A DNA stretch of 64,000 nt, from the NCBI RefSeq assembly GCF_011745625.1, contig NW_027191461.1, positions 496,001 to 560,000 of the forward strand, in the 5' to 3' direction. The stretch comes from Cladosporium halotolerans (Eukaryota). A program made the position numbers and the translations under genes. Position 1 is the stretch's first letter, and every line of letters starts with the position of its first letter. Below the pieces are notes generated by a model. That model was not told the DNA's origin and ran no database searches. It saw only the letters and a list, made by a program, of their open reading frames with translations. This document shows positions 44,605 to 56,573 of this stretch, piece after piece.

Positions 44605-46168
44605 CGCAGCTCCCAGGACAAGGGACGCGGGCAGACGTCCACGGCGCGCGCGAAGTGCGTGTGTGGCGTGCGCCATCCCGCGAGAGCCGTAGAGTGCGTG
44701 CAGGGGGGAGGGCGAGCGAAGCAACCTACCCTTTCGCAGCAATGACAATCTCCAGCAATCCCGTGACCGGCGCGCCCTAGGGCCGAGGTCTAGAACTTCG
44801 CACATCGCGACGATCGGGCGTGCAGAATTCGAGTCGAGTCGAGAAGCGAATCCACTCTGCCGCGCAAGCGATATTGGGCCAGTTTTTTTTCGGTGCAAAT
44901 AATACGAGCATTTTCTCCACGGCGAGGGCCGGCTGACGTCCGCCGCGAGGCTGACGAAGTACCTCGACTTGTAATAATAATTGCGCTCGAGTTATTGCTA
45001 TGCAGCAGCAATACATAAAACGCACAGCATCCAGCAGCCACCCAACCCGCCCTGCCCTGCGACACCTTCAACGGGCAGGCGCCCTTGGCCCAGACCTTTC
45101 TGGGCACAAACGGAAAACGGGGGGCAGCAGAACACCTCGTGGAGAACCGGGATAGTCTGTGGGCTCCGCCAATCCGCGGGCCCGCTTGGTCAATATAATC
45201 TGCCTCGCCGATCGGGTTCCTGCAAGCGGCAAGGCGCGCCGCGACGGGACACGGGGAGGGGTTCGGGCTGCTGGGTCGCGAACCGTGGATTCGAGGCCCG
45301 GCGGGCGTTGCGGCCGGCTTCACTTCTGTCGGCTCTGTCTTTTGTGTGTGCATGTCCAGAGCGCTGGGATGCGCGTTCCGTGGGTGCGATCGGTAGGTGT
45401 GATGTTTGTTTAATCTTGGGGCGGCAGCGCGTGGAGATTGGCTGCATGCGAGGTCGTTGCTATAGAGAGGCGCGCGGTATGCATGGGAGGTTTTTTGTGA
45501 GCTTTCGACCTTGACAAATTATTGAGGGTGTCGAAGAGCAAGTCGAGACGAGGGCAGAGACATTCGGCGGACTCATCTGCACATTTTTCCTATAGAAATG
45601 GTACCTATACGCAGGTCGCATGTATACAACAATTACCGCAGAATTGCACAGTCCATCCAATCCATCCCCCATCGACATCGTCCCCAAGCAATCTCGCAAC
45701 CAGTTCCGAACGCAGCCATACGTGTGAACCACATCCACCTGCGAACCGCTGGCTCTTATGTACTATAACACAGATGCACCCCACACGGCACCAGCGCGCC
45801 GCGGAGAACGATTCCCACCAGTCCAGGCGCGGCAGCTCGGCATCCGATCGCAGAGTTCCAGAATGTCTCACCCCTATCTGCGCTCGAGAGTGCGATCTTC
45901 AGGAACGGTTTGTGGACGGATCTTATCGTGACCTGATAACGTCATCTGTCTTAGGTGAGGGACGCCTGGAATAGATTGTAGATTGATCGCGGAAGTCGAG
46001 TGGAGGTGCACGGCATGCGGTTTTGAGATCTTTGACAGGCAGGTAATGAATCCAGAGGAGCAGAATAGATGGAGTCGAAAACACACATCGCGCCTGAGGC
46101 CAACGATCCGCAAGACCTCCAGCTACGTGACACAATAGGGTATTTACTTATTCACAACCACCACGCCT

Positions 46169-49133
46169 TCACCCCTCCAGCACCTTCCCAAACAACCCCC
46201 CCAACCTGCCATCCGCCCTGACAAGCTCCACACACCAGCCCCTCAGCTCCCCCTCCCCCTCCACCCCAACAGCAGCCACCAACATCTCCGCAACGCCCCT
46301 CAACCCCTCCCTCACCTCCGCCATGCCCTCCCCCTCCAAATCCAACCACGCCCCCGTCAACCCCCCCAAAACCACAACCCGATGCTCGCCCACGCGCGGC
46401 CAGGCATTCCGCAGCACCGCCCGCAGCGCCTCCAGCGCAGCGAGCAGCACCTCGCGCTGCCGCGCGCGCGCGGCGTTCGTGAGCGCGTCGCGCAGCGGCG
46501 GCAGGAGGTACTGGAGGTGCTTGACGGTGTCAAGGGCGAGGGCGTCGAGGAGGGGCGGCAGGTGGGCGAGGAGGGTGGCGGCGACGAGCGGGTACTGGCC
46601 GGCGTGGGCGAGGGAGTGCAGGAGGGCGGTGCGGAGGTGCTTGTCGAGGGCGCGGAGGCGGGGGGTTGTGGTGGTTGGGTCGCTGGGGGGGAAGCGGGTG
46701 GCGGTCAGGGTTAGGAGGGCGGGGTAGGCGGTGTTGAGGATTGCGGCGGAATCGGGGGCGGGGGTTAGGGGGGGCAGGTAGGTGAGGCAGGGGAGCAGGG
46801 CGTCTTCGAAGACGGGGCCGAGGCCGGTGCGGGTGAGGAGGGTGGGTGGGGTGTTGTGCAGGAGGCTGTGGAGGAGGGATGCGCCGTGGCGTTTGTGTTT
46901 TGTTTCCCAGTCGTCGACGAGGGTGAGGATGGGTGGGACGAGGAGGGGCCAGAGACGCTCGGTGGATTGGGAGTCGAGGCTATGGACGACCCAGTGCAGG
47001 AGTGCGAGGGCGTGGGATTCCTTCTCGTTCTTCCAGGGCTTTGTGATGCGCTCGTCGGAGGACTCTGCCGTCATCTTCGCTGGCAGGTCTGCCGTGACTT
47101 TCTTGCGGCCCTGCTCGGTCACGCTATCCGGTTTGGCCTTCGCGAACAACGGACGGATGGTAAGCTTGAGGAAGTGGCTCGCGAGGGCGGAGGTAAGCTC
47201 ACCATGCTTTTTCACCTCTTCGATCGCCTCGGTAGGGTCCTTGACGTCCGGGTGGCGGAGCTGCCATGCCATGACAACATCGAGAGCGTCCTTCATCCAT
47301 GGGCCAGGTGGAGTCGAGAGGGCCTTGGCCAGCGTCTTGCCGTCGAGGAGTGGCTTGAGGCTGTAGGCCTCGAGGATGTCTAGGTCGCGGAGGTGGGTGA
47401 CGAATGTGGAGTATTTGCGTTGAGTGGCTGTTTCATGATCAGCAGATGTTTCGTACTGGGTCAATAGATCACCTACCATCAACGTCGTCTTGATGCTCGA
47501 TCAGCTCGACCAGTAGCGCATACATGACCTGGCTTCTCCAAGTAGGTCCCCATCTGCGGATTGCCATGCCGAGTGTGTCCCGCGCCGTCAGATCCTCACC
47601 CTCAGGAGCCTGTCGAATACGACGCTTCTGCACCTCTATACCGTTGACGAATTTTGTGATCTCGTCCAAATTACGGACTGACGATGTGATGATATCGCAG
47701 ACCTTGTTCATGGCTTTGATGCCCTCGCGGATCACACCAGTAGGGATTGGAGGAGGCGCCTTCCGCCCCGGCTCCGATGCAGGTTGAGGAGCATCGCGAT
47801 ATGGGACTACCGCAGACAGGATCCATGTAAGGTAACGCTCATCATCGTCTCTGACAAGGATCTCAGACAGATCGCTCCCACTTCCGAGGAGCGTCTTCAC
47901 CTCGTCAATCAGGGCGAGCGTTCCCTCGATATCAGGGCGATAATGTTTGGCGTCATCGACCGAAGGATCAGAGAAAATTGTGAAGTAAAGACCGAGGTCG
48001 AAAACCAAGCGCATGGCCTCATGCGGATCTGGCCCACGTAGAGCCTTCTCTAACTCTACACCTACGCGCTCACGGCTAATTTTTTTGCGGAGAGCGTCGT
48101 TGATATCTGGGTCGCCCATTGCTTTGAGCGCTGCTGAGTCGATAGTGTAGTCCAGTCGACTGGCGAACCGAATGAGCCGAAGTACGCGCAAAGGGTCATC
48201 TTTGAATGTCTGGTAAGGCTCAAGAGGCGTTCTAATAATGGCATTGGCCATATCATCGAAGCCTCGATTGGTGAAGTCTTCGATCTCTTGCGTGTTAACA
48301 TTGTAGAACAAGGCGTTGACAGTGGCATCGCGTCTGAGAGCGTCCTCTTCCGGTGTGCCGAACTCCATTTGTGGGTTTCTGCTCTCGTCCGTGTACGTTT
48401 CCTTGCGAAGGTTGACCAGATCGATGTCCAGCCCAAGAATCTTGGTCGTCACGGTCTCGAGATGTTTTGACTTTTCGGGGTTGGCTTCAATCTTGTGAAG
48501 ACCGCCGACGGTCTTGGACTTGTCGGTCGTTCCGGCTTTGGCACTCTGCTTCTCCGTAGTGGCGACGCCTTCGAGCCCGTACTTTTCAGGATTACCAGGA
48601 ATCTCAAGGTACTCCTTGAGCCGCATGCCGAACTGAAGTCCGGTCATTTTGTTGATTGCAACATCGATGTCGTGACTCGGGACCCCCAGCAGCTTGTCGC
48701 GAACCCAGCCACCGGTGAACCGCAGGATGATGGGCTGTTTGGCAAGCTCGTCAGGGAGTGCAACTTGTTCGTCTCCAACTTGCGGCGGCAATTGATCGAT
48801 GTAAGAAGCGACATCGAGAAGTAGACGGCGAAGGGTGCTTTCGATTCCGGTGAGCTCGAGAGTTTTTGGAGGTCCCGCCTCGTCATCGACCTCTTGAATC
48901 ATTACGGGGCCCATTTTGGGTCTTTTAGAATGGAGTCGTGTGGGTGAAGCTGAGCTTAGTTTTCTTCGTTTGTTGCCTTCGGGTGATGTTGCAATGCGGC
49001 CGGGAGACATGTAAGACCGGTTTGCGCATCTGAGAACAAGCTGCTTGTGTGGTGACCTGTGAAATGCTGGCTGTTTGCACTTCAGAGAAAGCTGCGCAAG
49101 CCGGTGACTCAAGATAGCTTGACGAGCCAGCAT
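46169..49133 (-). CDS. CCA1: CCA tRNA nucleotidyltransferase with a C-terminal Tti2-like domain, 971 aa; intron 47428-47476
   Basis: GGWVRDKLLG...HDIDVA, EDALRRDATVNALFY, DDPLRVLRLIRF; a 49-nt GTAGGT...GCTGAT...CAG intron joins the two ORFs in frame. Confidence 0.92.
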
Positions 49134-49470
49134 TCACTCGGATTTGAGAATTATCATCAAATCAGGGTGAAAGGTCTGAACATTTGAGGTCCAAACAAAA
49201 TCACGTAGCTAGCGCCGGAAGCCACGATACATACATCACTTTGAAGGTCTCGTAGAGTTAGAGACTCCTCGGACCCTCCCGGCAGCTGAATGCCTGAGGC
49301 TGCCAACCTACATGATCACGGAGACACCATCACGGACGATTGATCGGTCGAACGAACACCGGAACTCCGCTCCACAGCACACTCACACTGCCGCCGATAC
49401 TGGAGACAAATGCTCAGAGTAGACATACAACGAAGTCCATCGCCACGCCGGACACCAGCGAGCCCTTCTG

Positions 49471-51903
49471 ATGACACCGACGCCAGATGATCCGCTGCAA
49501 TCACCGCAGGACTCGGACTCTGAGACGACTCTCGATGTCGCCAAGGGCAGACACTCGAAGCCGGGCAGGTCTCCCCTCTCGTCCATAACAAGCCTCCCGT
49601 ACCGCCGATCAAATGCCTCGCTTTCTCAGCTCTTCCAATCGACCACCTCTCTCCCTACTGCGGCGGGGCCGTCTAGCGAATCTGGCACGGTAACCCCGAC
49701 AGCAGCACCGCCAAATGGACTGGTTTTCTCACCCGGTAGCACGGGGTCTGCGCGACCCGCGTCGCCTGCTGTACCAGGAGCAAATCTAAGCGGCGAAACC
49801 AAAGACCTCATTCTGCGGGCGTTTGCGCCCCACGTATCGGTTCTAGCCTCGCAAGATACAGAAGAGTTGATCAGGCATAAGGGCATAAGTGGAGGTCTGC
49901 TGGAGCTTTTGCGGCCATTCGGAGAGCATGTTCAGGGCAAGGTCACAATTAGAGACAGCAGCGGCGCAAGCCGGTCATGGGACGACTTCGCGGTACGCTT
50001 CATGGGCGTCAAGGACGGCTTGGAGAGCCCGCGCATGGCGGATAGACGAAGCATGGAGTCGAACACCGACTCGGCGCAATATGGCGCAAAGCGACTCTCG
50101 GCGTTGGAGTTCAAGCCAGCAAGGCTACGATCTGGCGGCGATGTTCCGCAGATCGAGGAGCTCGTCGAGCGACATCTCACATTTGCTGAAGAGCAGTCCG
50201 GCCCGGTGGAGGCCGACTACCTCACATACAACATGGAGAGCTTGGATCGTGACCCTGGCTCTGACTCGCCTTTTTACATGCTCTACCTACGGCGGCTGTT
50301 GTCAGGTATTCCTCTGGTGCCTTCCGAGACTATCAGCCATCCTGTCGCTACTGTGATAGCCATTTCTTCTCGCTCGCCAAATCCAATTGAGGAGCTTCGG
50401 ACACTTTATGCCTCATCGAACACCGGGGAGCATAGGGTACCGCCTTGGGTTTTGAACGAATTTCTACGATATTATGTCCTGATACACGACGAAGACTACG
50501 ACGACATCTCGAAATCTATGGCCCTTTACGATCAGATGAAGCGCCACTTCGGCTTACACTGCCATCTCCTTCGACTCCGGAGCACTCAATGCGTGCCGTC
50601 CGATGACGACAGCGTTAAGCTCCCTCATACCGAATGGATGTCTGCAGCGGAGGAGTTGACAGAGATCGTGCGCCGAGAGACGAGTGAAGATGACGAAGAT
50701 CCGACTCCATGCGTGTTCGAGTCCGACGCCAACGCCATCCGGTCCTTCGTGCGAGAGATGGTCACGCAGTCGCTGATCCCGAGTATGGAGCGCGCGTCGG
50801 CGCAATGGAACGACCAGGTTGCGTCTAGGAGGCGTGGCATAAGCGGTCGATTCATGTCGCTTTCGAAGCGATTCACAACATTCGGCGGACGCTCTTCTTC
50901 TGGTCCATCGCTGGGTGGCGCCGGCAGCAATTATGACAGCGTTCAGGGCTACTACAAGCCTGACGCACCTGAAGCTATTATGCGAAGACTTGCTGATCAT
51001 GCCATGATGCTACGAGACTTTAAGCTTGCTCAAGGCACTTATGAGATACTCTGTCAAGACTTCAAGAACGATAAGGCGTGGAGATATTACGCGGGTGCAA
51101 ACGAGATGGCGGCGGTCAGTACGCTGTTGGCCGCAGGGGGTCTTAGCAGCAAAGCTCGAACAGAGACGGTCGACCAATACCTTGAAGCGGCTTACTATTC
51201 CTATGTTACCCGTGCGAATGCCCCATACAATGCGCTTCGAACGCTGGTACTTGGATCCGAGCTTTTAAAATTACGAGGAGGCAGCGCACTGGACGACTCG
51301 GCTCGCTGGCTGAGCAAAATCATTGACGATCGCTTGGTGGGCCCTACCGGTTACGCCTTGCTTCTCGAGCGATCTGCTATCTGCTACAGCGAGCGTCAGG
51401 GCGTAGCAGGTCTAAGCGCCGGTGAGAGGAAACGGAAGGCAGCTTTCTGGCACACATTGGCCGCCGAGGCATGGTCAAAGCAGGATAAGAGCAGTCAAGC
51501 CGAGAACTGTCTGCGTGCTGCGGCTCGTCTGTACAAGTCGGGAGGCGCGAATCTCGAGTTTGGCAACATGCAGAACTTCCTTGCTTCTCTACAGGCGACG
51601 GTCAAGGCGAACCGAGCCGGACCGCAACACCTCGACATCGGCGACGACGAGCAGACGCTTGTAGAGCCCATGCAGGAGCAAGATCACCAATTTGGACCTC
51701 ATTCGCCGATAGGCCACCGCAAAAGTATCAGCACCAATGCCGCCTACTTCCCCCAGGTAAACACTTCCTTTGACCCACTCGGAGCGGTGCCCAATGCATA
51801 CGGTGGACCGCCAGCAGACGCATTGAATCCTCAAGCTGCTGCCGGTGGACTTCCTAGTCCAGGGCTGGAGCGTAGACAGACGAGAGACGATGGTTTTGAA
51901 TGA
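49471..51903 (+). CDS. TRS85: TRAPP III-specific subunit Trs85
   Basis: AFAPHVSVLAS, LLRPFG, ETISHPVA, LRYYVLIHD, MKRHFGLHCHLLRL, EAIMRRLADHAMMLRD. Confidence 0.88.
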   Translation: MTPTPDDPLQSPQDSDSETTLDVAKGRHSKPGRSPLSSITSLPYRRSNASLSQLFQSTTSLPTAAGPSSESGTVTPTAAPPNGLVFSPGSTGSARPASPAVPGANLSGETKDLILRAFAPHVSVLASQDTEELIRHKGISGGLLELLRPFGEHVQGKVTIRDSSGASRSWDDFAVRFMGVKDGLESPRMADRRSMESNTDSAQYGAKRLSALEFKPARLRSGGDVPQIEELVERHLTFAEEQSGPVEADYLTYNMESLDRDPGSDSPFYMLYLRRLLSGIPLVPSETISHPVATVIAISSRSPNPIEELRTLYASSNTGEHRVPPWVLNEFLRYYVLIHDEDYDDISKSMALYDQMKRHFGLHCHLLRLRSTQCVPSDDDSVKLPHTEWMSAAEELTEIVRRETSEDDEDPTPCVFESDANAIRSFVREMVTQSLIPSMERASAQWNDQVASRRRGISGRFMSLSKRFTTFGGRSSSGPSLGGAGSNYDSVQGYYKPDAPEAIMRRLADHAMMLRDFKLAQGTYEILCQDFKNDKAWRYYAGANEMAAVSTLLAAGGLSSKARTETVDQYLEAAYYSYVTRANAPYNALRTLVLGSELLKLRGGSALDDSARWLSKIIDDRLVGPTGYALLLERSAICYSERQGVAGLSAGERKRKAAFWHTLAAEAWSKQDKSSQAENCLRAAARLYKSGGANLEFGNMQNFLASLQATVKANRAGPQHLDIGDDEQTLVEPMQEQDHQFGPHSPIGHRKSISTNAAYFPQVNTSFDPLGAVPNAYGGPPADALNPQAAAGGLPSPGLERRQTRDDGFE

Positions 51904-52451
51904 TGACATGGTCGTTTGGAGCGTGAATGGCATTTAGCGTAGGCGCAAGGCGTTTCGGCTCACGCGACAGCAATGATAGCACAAAGATATTAGACCAGGA
52001 TTGTACAGTATGAGTTTGGGGACATCCACCTGTCGTTCCGCTCTCCTTCCGAGGCTCTCCCAAATCGAGGTCACGTAAATCGTCTGGTCACCGCTAATTT
52101 GTTTTGGCTTTACCTGTGACGACTGCGCACGGACCACGCCAGCCACCTGTTAGCTGGCCTACCCCTGCTCCTCCACGAGTGCAAAGATTCGAGCTGCACT
52201 ATTGCGACATCAACCCTCACTACCGCTACAGAGCACCCATACGGCCCCGCAGGACTGCATTGCCAGCCCCTCCTCCACCTGTACATCGAATCGCGCATTG
52301 TATTCCGAGCGCGACTGTTTAGCGCCCGCACCCCGCGTGGGAAAGACAGCTCCGAAACATACAGACCTAGCGTCGCGTCGCGGGCCATCGCAAAACACAT
52401 TACCACACGCGATTTCAAACTCGGCGGTATCGCGCAAACACATCCGACACA

Positions 52452-53917
52452 ATGGCTGCCGAACGCGTCCTCCCGGAAGACAGGAACCCGATGCTCGTGG
52501 AAGAGCGCGCGCCTAGCCGTACGTCGACCACGCGATGCGCCTCGATCGCCGCACCCTTCGCTAACCATCCACGACACTGCAGATGAGATTCTTGTCGAGC
52601 GCCGATGCCTTGGCCAGACCGAGTTGAAAGTAAAGCCTGGCCAGATTGGCACTTCGAACGCGACGAAGCCGGACAACCTGGGCGTGCTCGACTATGCGCA
52701 CCTGCGCGTGCCGCTGCCCAGCGACCTGAGCTCGAGTGGCATTTTCGTCAAGGGACCGAACAGGAAATATCCGGAGGCATACTTTCTGATGGTAAGAGGA
52801 ACAATGTTGGATGAGACGAAAAGCGCGTTGCGCTGACGGTACGCGACAGAGGCGCTCAAGCGACGGATACATTAGCGCCACCGGCATGTTCAAGGCGGCT
52901 TTCCCATATGCGTCTGTGGATGAGGAAACAAACGAGAAAGACTTCATCAAGTCGCTCCCCGAGGCCTCGAGCGAAGAGGTCGCGGGCAACGTCTGGATCA
53001 ACCCGGACCAAGGTAAGACTTTCGCGCGCCTTTCACATGCTCTGCTCGCGTCGCTCACATGACCACTCTTCAGCCCTCAGCTTGGCGGATGAGTACGGCA
53101 TCAAACTCTGGATCGCCGCGCTTCTCGACCCCGAACCTATCACCCACGGCACCAGCGACCCCAAGAAGAGCATCACATCGCCACCCACTTTCCGCATCAA
53201 GGATCCCGTCAACGGCCTTGGAAGATCACCCGAGAAGCCCACCGACGGCCGACGCTCCACACGCGGCCGCAGCCTGCGCTCCGCCTCGCCCATGAAGAAA
53301 GAGACTCCTGCGCGCAAATTCGCCACTCCTCGCAAAGCGCGCAAGGGCCGCGCCGCCGCGAAGCTCGAAGAGGAAGCCGCCGCGATCGCCGAAGAGGCCG
53401 CGGAGTCCATCAACGGCGACCTCGCGACCGCGACCGCCCGCGAGTCAACCGAGAACGTCAAGGTCGAGGTCGAAAATACCACGCAGCCTTCGCCCGGAGC
53501 CGAGGGCGAGGAGATCGAGAAGACAAAGGTCAACATTGAGATGCCCGCGGGCCTTCCGGAACTGGAACTCCCCAACGACGCACAGGCTATGCTTGCTGAG
53601 GCGCGCGCGATGGTGCACGAAGCTGAGAAGATCGGCGGACCGTCGGGCAAGGCCAAGGGCAAGAGGAAGGCGGAGGAGATGATCGAGGACGAGGAGGAGG
53701 AAACGGAGCAGCTGCCGCCCAAGCGAGTAAAGGCCGTGCAGACGGAGCTTCGGAAGGAGAAGATCAAGAGGAGAGCGATCACAGGCATTGCTGCCGGATT
53801 GGCGCTTGGGTGAGTTTTTTTTTTTTTGAAACCGGAATCCTGGTGTGAGATTAGAGACTAATGTTCGGCTACAGTGCGCTCGTCCCCAGCATCATCGCCG
53901 CTTTCCCATGGGCATGA
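52452..53917 (+). CDS. APSES/KilA-N domain protein with C-terminal membrane anchor (Bqt4-like); four introns
   Basis: Spliced [23 protein letters not shown]...AGNVWI...LADEY; basic middle region; hydrophobic tail [18 protein letters not shown]. Confidence 0.85.
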
Positions 53918-54747
53918 TACCCTCCGCTCGCGCATGCTTTTTAGTGTCTTTGAAAAAATTGCCCTGATTTGATTGCTGTTCGGAAATACCATTCTTATTT
54001 CGCTCCTGCTGGAGTCCCGGCCGTCTTCCGCACGAAGGTCCGGTGGTGCCACCAGCTTTTATGCAGAGGGCGGATGAGTCGCGAAACACGAATGCTCTGT
54101 TGGATATGGAGAAAATAGTCGCTGGCGAAGTCGCTTGCATCGACTCAGACAACACGAAAAGCGGTGTCTGCTCTGATGTGTAGTATTACAATATTGTAGT
54201 AATGGAAAGTCAAACAAAAAGGAAAGGAATGACATTTTGCGATGTTTCCCTCAAGTCGTTCGCTTGCTCTATTCGAATCTGTACCGTCTGCAATTCATAG
54301 ATTGTTACATGTATTTCGGTCCATTTGTCTAATCGGCAGGGAGCCGAAGAGTCCGAGAGCTGAATGCCGAACGACGTCATGCTTGTGAAAGTACCCGGAG
54401 CATGACCCTCTCGCAGCAATGCTAGTCTGATGCCTCGAATGGGTTTTGTGTACTCCTCTAGAATAACAGGATAGATCTCGCGAGTCGTAGCTGCGCCTGG
54501 AGTAAGCGCCCAGCCATTGGATCTCGCGTCCGAACCGGTCACATGACCTCACTGCGAGAGGGGTTCCTCGGCTCTCGTCATGGCCCAAAGCCCGATAACC
54601 CGCCCATACCCGTGGGTGGAACGAGTACAGTGCCGCTCGCCCTTAGCAATGCCATGACAGCCGTCGGCTAGGAATCGTTATACTTCATCTCCCGTAGTCT
54701 GTCTGTTGTAGAGCGGGAGATCCATACAACTAAACACACAGCTCGAG

Positions 54748-56055
54748 ATGACTACCGCGGTGAGGGCAGCTATGCCCTGGAAGCATCTAGTCAAGCCTTT
54801 GGGCAGTCAAGCGGGAAGGAGATGTTTTGCTACGGGGAGCTCGTTGCAGGCTAGTTATGGGTTTATTGGGCTTGGTCGGATGGGTGAGTCTTCTCTGAAA
54901 AGTGGGAATGCTTCAATTGGGCCAGTTGCTGACGATTAAGCTCCATAGGCTACCCAATGGCCAAGAATCTTCGAGCAAAGATCCCGGAGTCAGACACCAT
55001 GGTCATTAATGATGTGAACGATTCTGCCACTCAGCAATTTGTTAATGAGGTTGGCAATGTCACCATCGCGAAGACCGTTCGAGAGGTCGCTGAGCAGACG
55101 GTATGTGCATTCATTGCAAAGACTATACCAATGGTCTCGTTCCCTGGATCTCGTTTTGAAGATGATTTTCACAAACTTATTCGAGCAATGATCAACGCGG
55201 TGCAAACCGTCCGTGATTACACATGAACCACCCACAAAATCTGAAGCATTCTTCTGGATTGAAGTAACGTCGACATGTCATCTCGGTGAAATCACCTGCT
55301 GACCATTGGCATATCAGGAAAACATTATCACCGTCCTGCCAGAGCCTCAACACGTAAAAGCAGTCTACAAACAAATCCTAGAACAAAACAATCTCCTCAC
55401 AGCAACTCCGATCAAAAAGGAACGCCTCTTCATCGACTGCAGCACAATCGACCCCATGACCTCCGAAGAAGTCGCCGCCCAAGCCCACAACACCGGCCAA
55501 GGCCGCTTCGTCGACGCGCCCATGTCCGGCGGCGTCGTAGGCGCAGCAGCCGGCAAACTCACCTTCATGATCGGCGCAGAGCACGACATCGTCGCGCGCG
55601 TGACCGAGATCCTCAGCCTCATGGGCAAGCGAGTCGTGCATCTGGGCCCTCCGACCAGCGGCTTGAAAGGCAAGTTGGCGAACAACTACCTCCTCGCTCT
55701 CAACAACGTCGCCACATGTGAGGCGATGAACATGGGCGTCAAGTGGGGTCTCGATCCCGCGAAGCTGGCGGACATGATCAACACCGCCACGGGCAAGTGC
55801 TGGCCCAGCGAGGTGAACAACCCCGTTCCTGGCGTTGTCGAGGGCGCGCCGGCTGGGAAGGATTACGAGGGTGGATTTGGAACGGCGCTCATGCTGAAGG
55901 ATCTGAAGCTTGCGTTGAAAGCTGCCGAGGAGGCGGGCGTCTCACCTTATTTGGGTGAGAAGGCGAAGGAGGTTTATACTGCGGCGGCGGCGGACGAGAA
56001 GTGCAAGGGAAGGGACTTTTCGGTTGTGTATAGATACCTTGGTGGCAAGGAATGA
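54748..56055 (+). CDS. 3-hydroxyisobutyrate dehydrogenase, mitochondrial; introns 54884-54948 and 55101-55317
   Basis: GFIGLGRMGYPMAKNL, IDCSTID, VDAPMSGG, KLANN, NNPVPG, GGFGTALMLKDL. Confidence 0.93.
55152..55248 (+). ncRNA. Intronic box C/D snoRNA with two 18S rRNA guide segments
   Basis: C-like TGAAGATGA (55157), D' ATGA (55188), C' GTGATTA (55213), D CTGA (55241); guides TATTCGAGCA and ACCACCCACAAAAT are complementary to recalled conserved 18S sequences. Confidence 0.82.
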
Positions 56056-56573
56056 AAATGTCTCCAAGTTGGGTAAAATTGAAGAGCTGGTGCCATCGCC
56101 CTTAGTGTAAGATCAATTACTTGATCGGGCGAGAGCTCAGGGAAACATTACGTGCATCTCAATGGTCTACAGGCTGAAGTGTTGAGATAGTCCAGTTGGT
56201 ATCAGCATGAGGGAAATTGTTCTGTTCGGAACAACAGAGTCGAGCCTCTCTGCATCTCAGTGGCAAGTGTCTCAATCAATAATATCAAGGCGAATGGTAG
56301 CAGCACACAGTCGCAATATTTCTGATGGGGTGATGCACCCGAGTTTTTGGTTTTCAGATTGATATTTTTGATAAAGATGCCTACAATTCATACCCGGCCA
56401 TGGCGCCCTTATGGCTCAAATAGCTATGCCCCATTAAGATGAAGCCTAAGTCTGTCGGTGATACGATGCTGAATCCCATGTCTCCGTGATTTCGCGTGCC
56501 CATGATGAGTCCGCTGTTCCCACAATCATTCTTCATCCTGTAGAGAAGCCCTGGTTCCACCCCACTGCCCTGC

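Noticed and set aside
1787..49133. Apparent grouping of RNA-modification genes (TYW1, MT-A70, tRNA-His, CCA1)
   Set aside because: Spread over 47 kb among unrelated genes; consistent with chance
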